From Actinomycetota bacterium (lineage in GTDB: Bacteria; Actinomycetota; CADDZG01; JAHWKV01; JAOPZY01): DNA of 57,930 nt. The notes below the pieces were generated by a model. That model saw only the letters and a program-made list of their open reading frames with translations. It made no database searches and had not been told where the DNA came from. Within the stretch, counting starts at the first letter, position 1, and every line of letters begins with the position of its first letter. Both the position numbers and the translations under genes were made by a program. The stretch lies in contig JAOPZY010000231.1 of the NCBI GenBank assembly GCA_025963875.1, positions 1-57,930 of the forward strand, given 5' to 3'. This document shows positions 10,226 through 18,101 of the stretch, one piece after another.

Positions 10226-11187
10226 GTCCGGACCTCCTGCCTGGTCAGGATCCATGTGTTGTTCGAGAGGTAGTCGACCGTGCGCTCCACGGCCTGGCGG
10301 ATCGTGTAGGCGGGTTCCCAGCCGATCGCCCGCATCTTGGCGGTGGCGAGGTAGATGAAGGGGTTGTCCCCGATCCACCCGCGGTCGCCTCCGGTGTAGG
10401 TCACGTCCGGGCGAAGCCCGAGGCGCTCGCAGATCCAGCCTGCCGACTGGTCGACGGTGCAGTAGTCCTCGACCCCGAGGTTGTAGACCTCGTGGCCCCC
10501 GGTGCGGGGCAGCCGGTCCAGGATCGCCGCAACGCAATCGGTGACGTCGAGGTAGCTCTTGCGTTGCTTGCCGTCGCCGAGGATGGTGAGCTTCGTAGGG
10601 TCCTCGTTGAGCTGGCGCATGAAATCGACCACGTGGCCGTGGGTGTAGCGGGCGCCCATGATCGACACGAAGCGGAAGACGGTGGTGGTGATGCCGCACC
10701 CCTCGGCGTAGGCGGCGATCAGGCCCTCGCCCGCCAGCTTGGATGCGCCGTAGAGCGACGTCTGGATGGGGAAGGGACAGTCCTCAGGGGTGGGGATCAC
10801 CGTCGCCTCGCCGTAGACGGAGCCCGTCGAGGAGAACAGCAGGCGGGGGACCCCTGCGACGCGGACCCCTTCCAGCACGTTGTGCGTCACGACGATGTTC
10901 TGCTTCAGGTCGCGGTCCGGTGTGTTCCAGCCGAAGCGGACGTCGGCGTTGGCTGCCAGGTGGATGACGGCGTCCGCCCCCCGGAAGAGGTCGGGCAGGG
11001 CGTCACCGCTCTCGAGCAGGTCCAGGGTGGCGAGCCGGAAGCCCGGCTCGCCCACCGCCCGCTCCAGGAACCGGACGCTGCCGGTGGAGAAGTTGTCGAT
11101 CCCGACCACCTGGTGGCCGGCGGCCAGGAGCGCGTCGGTGGTGCTGGACCCGATGAAACCGGCCGCCCCGGTGACGACGACCTTCAC
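10222..11187 (-). CDS. NAD-dependent nucleotide-sugar epimerase/dehydratase (GalE/LmbM-like)
   Basis: VTGAAGFIGS, HLAA, FSSTGSVYG, YGASK, GDGKQRKSYLDV. Confidence 0.9.
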   Translation of the reverse strand: MKVVVTGAAGFIGSSTTDALLAAGHQVVGIDNFSTGSVRFLERAVGEPGFRLATLDLLESGDALPDLFRGADAVIHLAANADVRFGWNTPDRDLKQNIVVTHNVLEGVRVAGVPRLLFSSTGSVYGEATVIPTPEDCPFPIQTSLYGASKLAGEGLIAAYAEGCGITTTVFRFVSIMGARYTHGHVVDFMRQLNEDPTKLTILGDGKQRKSYLDVTDCVAAILDRLPRTGGHEVYNLGVEDYCTVDQSAGWICERLGLRPDVTYTGGDRGWIGDNPFIYLATAKMRAIGWEPAYTIRQAVERTVDYLSNNTWILTRQEVRT

Positions 11188-12047
11188 CGGCGCTCCACCT
11201 CCCCGAACAGCACGCCGTCGATCCGGCGGAGGGTGTACGCGGAGGTGCCGTTCAGCTGGTCCGCCTCCTCGCCGATCCGCCCCAGCGGGTCCCACTTGGC
11301 GCTGAGCAGCTTCCCGGTGAGGCAACCGGAGCGCTCCGACGCCAGGAACAGCATGGCCTCCCCGACCTTTGCGAGCGAGTCGCCACCTTCACGCTGGGCC
11401 ACGCTGCTCGCATGGAAGGCCTCGCCGGCCACCTCCGGGCCGGCTTCGATCACGGCATCGATGAGCGACGTGCTGATCGCGCCGGGCGCCACGGCATTGA
11501 CCAGGATGCCGAAGGGGGCCAGCTCCTTGGCGAGCGTCTCGGTGAGCCCGGCGACGGCTGCCTTCGACGCCGTGTAGGCGCTCACGCGCGCCGGCGTCCC
11601 CGGGCCGCCGACACCGCCGCCGCCGACGTTGATGATCCGGCCTGCTCCCGCCGCCTGCATGGCAGGGGCGAACGCCCGGATGACGTGCATCACCCCGAGC
11701 AGGTTCACCGACACCGCCGACGCCCAGGCATCCGGCTCCACCTCGGTGATGAGGCCGACGGGCCCGTAGATGCCGGCGTTGTTGACGAGGACGTCCACCC
11801 GGCCGAAACGCTCCCCCACCGCATCGGCGAAGCCCCGCACACTGGGGTAGTCGGCCACATCGACGGAGCGGACCAGGACCTCCGTGCCGAAGCGCTCGTG
11901 AAGATTCGCCCGCACCTCCTCCAGCTCGTCCGGCGACCGGGAGCACAGCGCGAGCTTGGCCCCGGCCTCGGCCAGGGTCTCGGCGGTGTAGCGGCCGATC
12001 CCCCGCCCGGCACCGGTGACGACACAGACTTTACCGGCGAGGGACAT
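11184..12047 (-). CDS. Short-chain dehydrogenase/reductase
   Basis: VTGAGRGIG, LVNNAG, YTASK, VNAVAPG. Confidence 0.9.
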   Translation of the reverse strand: MSLAGKVCVVTGAGRGIGRYTAETLAEAGAKLALCSRSPDELEEVRANLHERFGTEVLVRSVDVADYPSVRGFADAVGERFGRVDVLVNNAGIYGPVGLITEVEPDAWASAVSVNLLGVMHVIRAFAPAMQAAGAGRIINVGGGGVGGPGTPARVSAYTASKAAVAGLTETLAKELAPFGILVNAVAPGAISTSLIDAVIEAGPEVAGEAFHASSVAQREGGDSLAKVGEAMLFLASERSGCLTGKLLSAKWDPLGRIGEEADQLNGTSAYTLRRIDGVLFGEVERR

Positions 12048-12049
12048 CT

Positions 12050-13342
12050 CTATGCAGGCCTGCCGACGACGGCGTGGACAAAGCCGGCGTCCGCAAGCCG
12101 CACGGCATCGAGGAACCCTGCGGGATCGAAGACGACCCTCCGCCGCATGGTCGCGCCCAGCCGCTCAGCGTCCAGCTCCTTGTACTCGGGCCAGGCGGTC
12201 ATCAGCACGAGCGCGTCCGCTCCGGCCGCCGCCGCGTAGGGGTCGTCCGCCACCGCGAAGCCCAGGTCCGCGCCCGCCGAGGAGTCGACCGCCGGATCGT
12301 GGGCCACCACCGGCGCGCCCCCCGAGACCAGGCCGCGGGCAAGCTCGACGCTCTGGCTGCGCCGCAGCGTGCTCGTGCCGGGCTTGTAGGTCAGCCCGAG
12401 CACACCGATCCGGGCACCGGCGAGCTCGCCCACCAGTGCCCCGACGCGGTCGACCGTGGACGAAAGGCGGCGGTGGTTGACCGACCAGACGGCGTCGAAG
12501 AGCTCCGCCGGGACCCCGTGCTCCCGACCTGCCGTCCGCAGCGATTGGAGATCCCGCCCGAGGGTCCCGCCGGCGAAGCCCAGCCCCGGGAGGATGGGCG
12601 CCCGGGGGCTGACGCGAGCGTCGGCCTTCAGGGCGGCGGCCACATCCCAGGCGTCGGCGCCGACGGCCTCGCAGAGGTCGGAGAGCTGGCTCATGAAGCT
12701 GATGCACGTGGCGAGGTAGGCGTTCATCGCATGCTTGGACATCTCCGCACTGGCGACGCTCATCGTCACCTTGGGGCAGTCCAGCGTCGCGAACAGGCTC
12801 CCGACCCGCTGGGCGACCTCGGGGTCGTCGGCCCCGATGACCAGCCGGTCGGGGTGGAAGAACACGTCCAGCGCCCCGCCGAGCCGCAGGTTCTCCGGCA
12901 TGCAGGCCACCGGGATCGGCCGGCCCGTGGCCTCACCGATGCTCGCAGCCAGGCGGTGGGTGGTGCCCACCGGCACCTGGCTCATCACAATCAGAACGGT
13001 GGGGGCACGCAGCATCGAGCCCACCTGCTTCACCAACTCCTCCAGCGCGTCCAGCGAGGCGGTGTCGTCGTCGAGCACCTCGACGTCGGTGGCGACGACG
13101 GTGAACTCCGGGTCGCCGAGGCCGGGGTCGGAGGTGGTGACCGGGTGCAGGGATCCCGCCGCGATCTGCCGGGCGATCAGGTCGTCCAGACCCGGCTCCC
13201 GCACCGGCGCGGCTCCGGCACGGAGTTGAACGATGGTGGTCTCCGAGAGGTCGGTCACCCACACCTCGTGACCGAGAGCGGCAAGACCTGCCGCTACGAC
13301 GGATCCGAGATGCCAGGCCCCCCAGACTCCTATGGTCGACAA
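12050..13342 (-). CDS. UDP-glucose/GDP-mannose dehydrogenase homolog lacking the catalytic Cys (LmbL-like family)
   Basis: PENLRLG, SAEMSKHAMNAYLA..ISF, GLTYKPGT, MTAWPEY. The usual GGSC/GGxC site reads FAGGTLGRD. Confidence 0.85.
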   Translation of the reverse strand: MSTIGVWGAWHLGSVVAAGLAALGHEVWVTDLSETTIVQLRAGAAPVREPGLDDLIARQIAAGSLHPVTTSDPGLGDPEFTVVATDVEVLDDDTASLDALEELVKQVGSMLRAPTVLIVMSQVPVGTTHRLAASIGEATGRPIPVACMPENLRLGGALDVFFHPDRLVIGADDPEVAQRVGSLFATLDCPKVTMSVASAEMSKHAMNAYLATCISFMSQLSDLCEAVGADAWDVAAALKADARVSPRAPILPGLGFAGGTLGRDLQSLRTAGREHGVPAELFDAVWSVNHRRLSSTVDRVGALVGELAGARIGVLGLTYKPGTSTLRRSQSVELARGLVSGGAPVVAHDPAVDSSAGADLGFAVADDPYAAAAGADALVLMTAWPEYKELDAERLGATMRRRVVFDPAGFLDAVRLADAGFVHAVVGRPA

Positions 13343-13352
13343 GAGCGCTGCG

Positions 13353-14024
13353 TCACGACATCCACTTGGCGAAGTCGTTGCAGAACTGGGCCACGACCTC
13401 GTCGGTCTTGGGGTGCTGGCACATCTTGACGAGGAACGGCGGCGGGACGGTGACGATGTGGGCGCCCGCCAGGATCGCCTCGTTGATGTCCATGATGTGG
13501 CGGATGGATCCGACGATGATCTCGGCGTCGCTGCCCGACCGGTCCATGGCGGCCCGCACGTCCGTCACGACCCTGGCAGCGTCGTACCCGGTGTCGCGGA
13601 TGCGGCCGTAGAAGAGGCTGACGTAGCGTGCCCCCGCGTCGAGGGCCATGACCGCCTGGTTGAACGACATGCAGCACGTGGCGTTGACCGGGATCTTCAT
13701 GTCGGTGAGCCGGGTGATGAGGCGCAGTTCGTCCCACCCGACCGGCACCTTGATCGTGAGGCCCTTGTAGTCGCCGAAGTGCGACACGAGCTCCTCGGCC
13801 TGGCGGATCATCTCGTCGGGGTCCATCGTGAACACCTCGACGGACAGCGGCAGCGGGGCACCGAACTTGGTGATCAGGTTGATGATGTCCCGGACGATCT
13901 CCCGGTAGTCCCGCTTCTCCTCCTTGGCGAGGATCGACGGGTTGGTGGTGACGCCCGAGGCGAAGCCCCGGGAAAGAGAGGCCTCAATCTCCGTCAAGTT
14001 TGCAGAATCGACGAATAGCTTCAT
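13353..14024 (-). CDS. Transaldolase, short TalC/FSA type (LmbR-like role proposed)
   Basis: MKLFVDSAN, GVTTNPS, SVEV, IKVP, NATCC, SLFYGR, GSIRH, HPKTD. Confidence 0.9.
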   Translation of the reverse strand: MKLFVDSANLTEIEASLSRGFASGVTTNPSILAKEEKRDYREIVRDIINLITKFGAPLPLSVEVFTMDPDEMIRQAEELVSHFGDYKGLTIKVPVGWDELRLITRLTDMKIPVNATCCMSFNQAVMALDAGARYVSLFYGRIRDTGYDAARVVTDVRAAMDRSGSDAEIIVGSIRHIMDINEAILAGAHIVTVPPPFLVKMCQHPKTDEVVAQFCNDFAKWMS

Positions 14025-14136
14025 ATACGCACCTCGGGTCGGTTCCAGACGCGGAGACCTTATAGCATCGGCTGCGTGTGGTGCAGGTTCACCGAACTCC
14101 TCACACTGGCATCCGGAGCGGTTGTTATTAACCCGT

Positions 14137-14153
14137 CCGGTCCTCTGGACCGG
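14137..14153. promoter_or_regulatory. Inverted repeat ccggtcc-tct-ggaccgg between the XRE gene stop and the transaldolase promoter region
   Basis: Perfect 7-bp arms. Could be a terminator hairpin or an operator. Confidence 0.4.
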
Positions 14154-14154
14154 C

Positions 14155-15492
14155 TCAGGCGGGCAGGAGCGTGTCGGCGAGATCGAAGAAGTCGGCCACA
14201 GGGTGTGAGTCCCGATGGGCGCTGAGCCGGTGGCGCAGGTCGGCCACGGCGTCGGCCGACCTGGACGAACGGACCGTGGCGGCGAGCCGGACAGTAGAGG
14301 CGGCCTCTGTGGCGGCCGCCTGCAGGTCGTGGTTGGCGAGCGCCGCCCGGGCGAGCGTGGCGTGCGCGAGGGAGCCTCTCCTCGCCCGGCTCTGGCGTTG
14401 GGCCTCGGCAGCGGAGCGGGTGGCGAACCGGGTGGCCTCCTCCGGCTGGTCGAGGTCCCGGAAGGCATGGCCGTACTCGCCGTTCAGGTAGGCCGCGTCG
14501 ATGAAGCGAGCCCACTCGGGTTCTTCGGGCAGGTGGATGGCGCCGGCGGCCCGTTCTGATTCGAGGATGGAGTATGCCGCGGCCTGGCCGTCCCCGAGAG
14601 CGGCCTCGGCTCGTGCCTGCAGGGCCCACAGGTCGGCGAGGCAGGCGGGGCTGCGGCCATGGCGGAGGCCGGCCCGTCCTGCCCGAGCGAGCTGGAGACC
14701 CTGGTCGGGGTGCCCGGTGAGGGTTGCCTGGTCCGAGAGCCCGGCGAGGACATGGGCACCCAGCTCCGGGCTGCGGGCCTCGTGGGAGAGCCGGAGCGCC
14801 TGGATGAGGTAACGCTGGGCCAGGACGTGCTCCCCGTCGTCGAAGGCCATCCAGCCGATCAGGTAGAGCTGCTCGGCACCGGCTTCGTAGAGCGTCCGGC
14901 CGGCGTCGGTGGAGGCGTCGTTCGAGCGGAGCAGGGGTGTGACCGTCGAGGTCAGGTAGGCGGCAAGTTGCTGGCGGGCGTGGCCACCCCCACGCATGAC
15001 GTCCAGCTCCTGGAAGAAACCGAACATCCGACGGATGGCGTCGACCTGGTCGCTGGTCACCTTGCGCGTGGGGGAGGTGGCCTCCTCCAGAGTGGCGAGG
15101 AGCCAGTCCCGGCTTGGTCCGATCGAGGCGGCTACGGCGAAGAGGGCTGTCTTGAGGAAGGTTCTGCGTTTGATGTCGGCCTGCCCCAGCTGGTCGACGG
15201 TCTCGAGGGTGTCAGGGATCGAGGGGGTGTACTCGAGTCCAAGGCGCTGAAGGTCCTCGGATGGCTCGTCGAAGCTGAGCGGGTCGGTGACGAAGAGGGC
15301 GGCAAGGAGCCGCCGGTAGCTGGGGCTGGGTTGCTTCTGGCCGCGCTCCCATTTGGAGACCATGGCGGCGTCCACGCCAATACGTTCGCGGTTCTGCTCC
15401 CATGCGACGCGTGCCAGCTCGGCGGCGAGCTCTTCCTGCGTGAGCCCCCGCTCGATGCGCCGCTGGCGAAGCTGTTCGTTCCAAGCAGTCAT
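14155..15492 (-). CDS. XRE-family HTH regulator with C-terminal helical-repeat (TPR/NsdA-like) domain, copy 1
   Basis: LRQRRIERGLTQEELAAEL..VSKWERG, internal RRTFL motif, GWMAFDDG..AQRYLIQAL helical repeats typical of actinobacterial regulators. Confidence 0.85.
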   Translation of the reverse strand: MTAWNEQLRQRRIERGLTQEELAAELARVAWEQNRERIGVDAAMVSKWERGQKQPSPSYRRLLAALFVTDPLSFDEPSEDLQRLGLEYTPSIPDTLETVDQLGQADIKRRTFLKTALFAVAASIGPSRDWLLATLEEATSPTRKVTSDQVDAIRRMFGFFQELDVMRGGGHARQQLAAYLTSTVTPLLRSNDASTDAGRTLYEAGAEQLYLIGWMAFDDGEHVLAQRYLIQALRLSHEARSPELGAHVLAGLSDQATLTGHPDQGLQLARAGRAGLRHGRSPACLADLWALQARAEAALGDGQAAAYSILESERAAGAIHLPEEPEWARFIDAAYLNGEYGHAFRDLDQPEEATRFATRSAAEAQRQSRARRGSLAHATLARAALANHDLQAAATEAASTVRLAATVRSSRSADAVADLRHRLSAHRDSHPVADFFDLADTLLPA

Positions 15493-15496
15493 GTCA

Positions 15497-15534
15497 GGAC
15501 CGATGAGGGACCGACGAGGACCACCTCGCGGACC
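15497..15534. promoter_or_regulatory. Four helically phased GGACC direct repeats in the divergent intergenic region
   Basis: GGACC starts at 15497, 15508, 15518 and 15530 (spacings 11, 10, 12). Confidence 0.55.
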
Positions 15535-15569
15535 TGTTGGGTGAAAGCGGTTCCGCTCAGGATACCGAC

Positions 15570-15818
15570 ATGAGTGGACGGTCGGCCGCGCGACCGCAGT
15601 TCTTGCGCATCTGCTGGGAGATCGCCAACGAAGAGGGGGGCCGGGTGGTTGAGGCCACCCTGTGCCGTGACCACCGGCGCGAGATTGCCCGCAAGTACCC
15701 GGACGCTCGAGGCTCCGGCCAACTCGGTGACTCGTGTGACGCCTGCGCAGGCCGGCAGCCGAGCAGGATCGCAGGTGGCCTCGATGGGCACAGCATCGGA
15801 AGAGTCCCACACCCGTGA
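15570..15818 (+). CDS. Small putative Zn-binding protein (CxxH...CxxC), copy 1
   Basis: ICWE..ATLCRDH..GDSCDAC. A clear paralog at 43854-44075 supports coding status. Confidence 0.75.
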   Translation: MSGRSAARPQFLRICWEIANEEGGRVVEATLCRDHRREIARKYPDARGSGQLGDSCDACAGRQPSRIAGGLDGHSIGRVPHP

Positions 15819-16045
15819 GCGCCACCGTCCCACGGCCCGACCATCCTCGGCAAGCGCCTGATGCCGAGCGGATGGACCGCATCCTTGCCAAGCTGGGTCA
15901 TGTCTGGCGTCGCGTGCCTGACTGGCGCCTCGCATGGCTGATCGTCAACCTGGTCCCTCCCGGACCCAAGGCGTCGGACACGGCTATCGAGCTCGAGCTG
16001 GATCGTCTGCTCAACCCCGACCTCGGACGGGCTGAGCCAGGATGA
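15815..16045 (+). CDS. Small helical protein reminiscent of YihD/DUF1040-like proteins, copy 1
   Basis: ERMDRILAKLGHVWRRVPDWRLAWL. GTGA coupling to the upstream gene; paralog at 44081-44302. Confidence 0.7.
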   Translation: MSATVPRPDHPRQAPDAERMDRILAKLGHVWRRVPDWRLAWLIVNLVPPGPKASDTAIELELDRLLNPDLGRAEPG

Positions 16046-16586
16046 AGTCCACGCAGGCCCGCAGGTCACCGGTGAACCGGGCGGCGAGGCCATCGGGCGG
16101 CCCGCCGATGCTCGTGGCGTCCCAGCTCCAGGGCCGTTCCACGAGCAGTCCTTGCATGCCGGCGGCCTCGGCGGCTGCGAGATCCACCCAACGGTCGCCG
16201 ATCAGCCAACTCCGAGCCAGATCCACGCCCCAGTCCCGTGCCCCGGCGTGGATGAGGCCGGGCTTCGGCTTGCGGCAGAGGCAGCCGTCTTTCGTGTCGT
16301 GGGGGCAGACGTAGACGGCGTCGATGGGCAGCGCGCCACGAAGTGCCTCGTTGATCTGCTCCACAGCATCCAGGCTGAGGTCCCCCCGTGCGACGTCGGG
16401 CTGATTGCTGACGACGAGCAGCATGTAGCCCGCTGCTCGAAGCCGCACGAGATCCCCCTTTGCCGTGGGAAGGATCTGCAACTCGGCGACCGTGCGGGGC
16501 GTCGAGGCTACGGCGCCCTCCATACGGACCTCGTTGAGGACGCCGTCCCGGTCCAGGAAGACGGCGGCACGCCCAGATTCGACCAT
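16011..16586 (-). CDS. HAD-IIIA sugar-bisphosphate phosphatase (GmhB/LmbK-like)
   Basis: AVFLDRDGVLN, VVSNQ, CPH..C.CRKPKPG, SWLIGDR..D. Confidence 0.9.
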   Translation of the reverse strand: MVESGRAAVFLDRDGVLNEVRMEGAVASTPRTVAELQILPTAKGDLVRLRAAGYMLLVVSNQPDVARGDLSLDAVEQINEALRGALPIDAVYVCPHDTKDGCLCRKPKPGLIHAGARDWGVDLARSWLIGDRWVDLAAAEAAGMQGLLVERPWSWDATSIGGPPDGLAARFTGDLRACVDFILAQPVRGRG

Positions 16587-16721
16587 GTGCTGCCGGAGCA
16601 TAGTGGAGGGAACGGTTCATCTGACCAAGTCTGGGCGGGTGTCCCTTGAGGAGATGGGCATCTATATGCTTTGTGCGTCGGTTCGACTGTTCAGCGTCGC
16701 TTGGTCCAGGAGAATCGAACC

Positions 16722-18101
16722 ATGACGGAATCGGCCTCCTGCAGCATCGGCGTCTGGGGAACCTTCGACACCGACGCCTTCTACGACGCGCTCGTGCCCC
16801 GGGTCCTCCGGCGTGAGCTCAAGGCGCGGCTCCCGGGCGCCAGGATCATCACGTTCGCCCCGTACGGATCCCTGAGGCCCACGCCGCACGACGGCGGCGA
16901 GCCCTCCGAGCCCCTCGGCCGGTGGACTCCCGACCGGGCAGCGGCGATGGCGTCGGACCTCGACTGCATCCTCCTCACTTGCACCGATCCGCCGCTCGAC
17001 CAGCAAAGCCTCGCCCGGGCCTACGGGGTGGACCGCGCGGAGCTCGAAGCGCTGCAAGTCCAGCGTTGGTTCGTGGACGGGCCCGGTCCCGCGACGGAGG
17101 AGCGCTGCCCGGTGATGACGTTCGGGTCCGATCTCGGGGTGCTCGCCCCGAAGCTGTTCTCCCCCGAACTTCTCGCTAAGCGCCTCGAGTACCTGTGGCT
17201 CATGGGTTGGTACCCGCCCGAGGGTGCCGCCGTCGTGGTCGAGGGGGACGCAACTCTCCTCCCGGTCGTACCCGACCTCGTCGGCGCGCTGTCCGGATTT
17301 CTGGCGTCGGAGCCCGATCTCAAGGTCGTCCTTGGCGAACTGGGATCTCCGGGCGACGCCGACTTCGCCTCGGAGGTCGCCGCCGGGCTGCCGCCCGAGT
17401 CGGTGCACCGCCTCCCCCGCTGCGCCGGGATCGAGGACATCGCCGCCGCCATCGCCAACTGCGCCATCTTCGCAGGGAGTTCCGAGCGCGCAGGCCGCGT
17501 CGCGCAGGCGTACGGGCGGGCCTGGGTGACGCTCGATCCCGCCGCTCTCCCCGCCTCGGAGGACTTCGAACGTGCACGCAAGGCCGATGCCGCTCCGGCG
17601 GGCGGATCCGCACCGGCAGCGCAGGCCGAGGCCGAGCTCGACCTTGTCGCCGAGATCGCCCGGACCGCCGCATTCGCACGCAGGCAGAAGGAGGCACGCA
17701 TGCCCGAGACGCAACACCCGGCCGAAACCGAGGACGCGCTCGGCCAACTCCAGGTGGCCCACGAAGCCCGGAGCCGGCGCCTGGCCACGGAGCGCATGGT
17801 CTTCGCGAACCATCTCCACAAGGCCGAGGCCGAGATCGGCCGGTTGAAGGAGGAGCTGGCGCGCCTGCGAGAGGAGCTGTCCCGTGCCGACGGCCGGGCC
17901 GCCCAGGCCGAAGCGGCCACCCGGGCCGAGACTGACGCACGCCTGGCCGTCGAGGAGGAGCTGGCAGGGCTCAGGGCCACCCGCACCTTCCGCTACACCG
18001 CCGAGCTCCGCAGCGTCTACGGACGGCTCCGGAAGCTGGGCGACACCTCCCCGCCGACCGCCGACCCCCCGCCTCCGGCCGAGACGAAGCCCAGTCAGTG
18101 A
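16722..18101 (+). CDS. Polysaccharide pyruvyltransferase-like protein (degenerate) with C-terminal coiled coil
   Basis: IGVWGTFD..F.D.L.P N-terminus, DIAAAIANCAIFAGSS, long coiled coil ending TRTFRYTAELR. Confidence 0.55.
   Translation: MTESASCSIGVWGTFDTDAFYDALVPRVLRRELKARLPGARIITFAPYGSLRPTPHDGGEPSEPLGRWTPDRAAAMASDLDCILLTCTDPPLDQQSLARAYGVDRAELEALQVQRWFVDGPGPATEERCPVMTFGSDLGVLAPKLFSPELLAKRLEYLWLMGWYPPEGAAVVVEGDATLLPVVPDLVGALSGFLASEPDLKVVLGELGSPGDADFASEVAAGLPPESVHRLPRCAGIEDIAAAIANCAIFAGSSERAGRVAQAYGRAWVTLDPAALPASEDFERARKADAAPAGGSAPAAQAEAELDLVAEIARTAAFARRQKEARMPETQHPAETEDALGQLQVAHEARSRRLATERMVFANHLHKAEAEIGRLKEELARLREELSRADGRAAQAEAATRAETDARLAVEEELAGLRATRTFRYTAELRSVYGRLRKLGDTSPPTADPPPPAETKPSQ

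Noticed and set aside
15150..15175. RRTFLK (and RRDFVK near 42770) as Tat signal peptides
   Set aside because: The motifs are internal, follow an HTH domain, and are a common feature of these cytoplasmic actinobacterial regulators.
14155..16045. Calling the XRE modules prophage or IS elements
   Set aside because: No integrase, transposase, terminal repeats, target-site duplication or tRNA attachment site could be found.
2592..16586. Lincosamide antibiotic biosynthetic cluster
   Set aside because: No LmbS-type aminotransferase, S-glycosyltransferase, alkylproline/condensation genes or resistance genes are visible. The context is envelope glycosylation.
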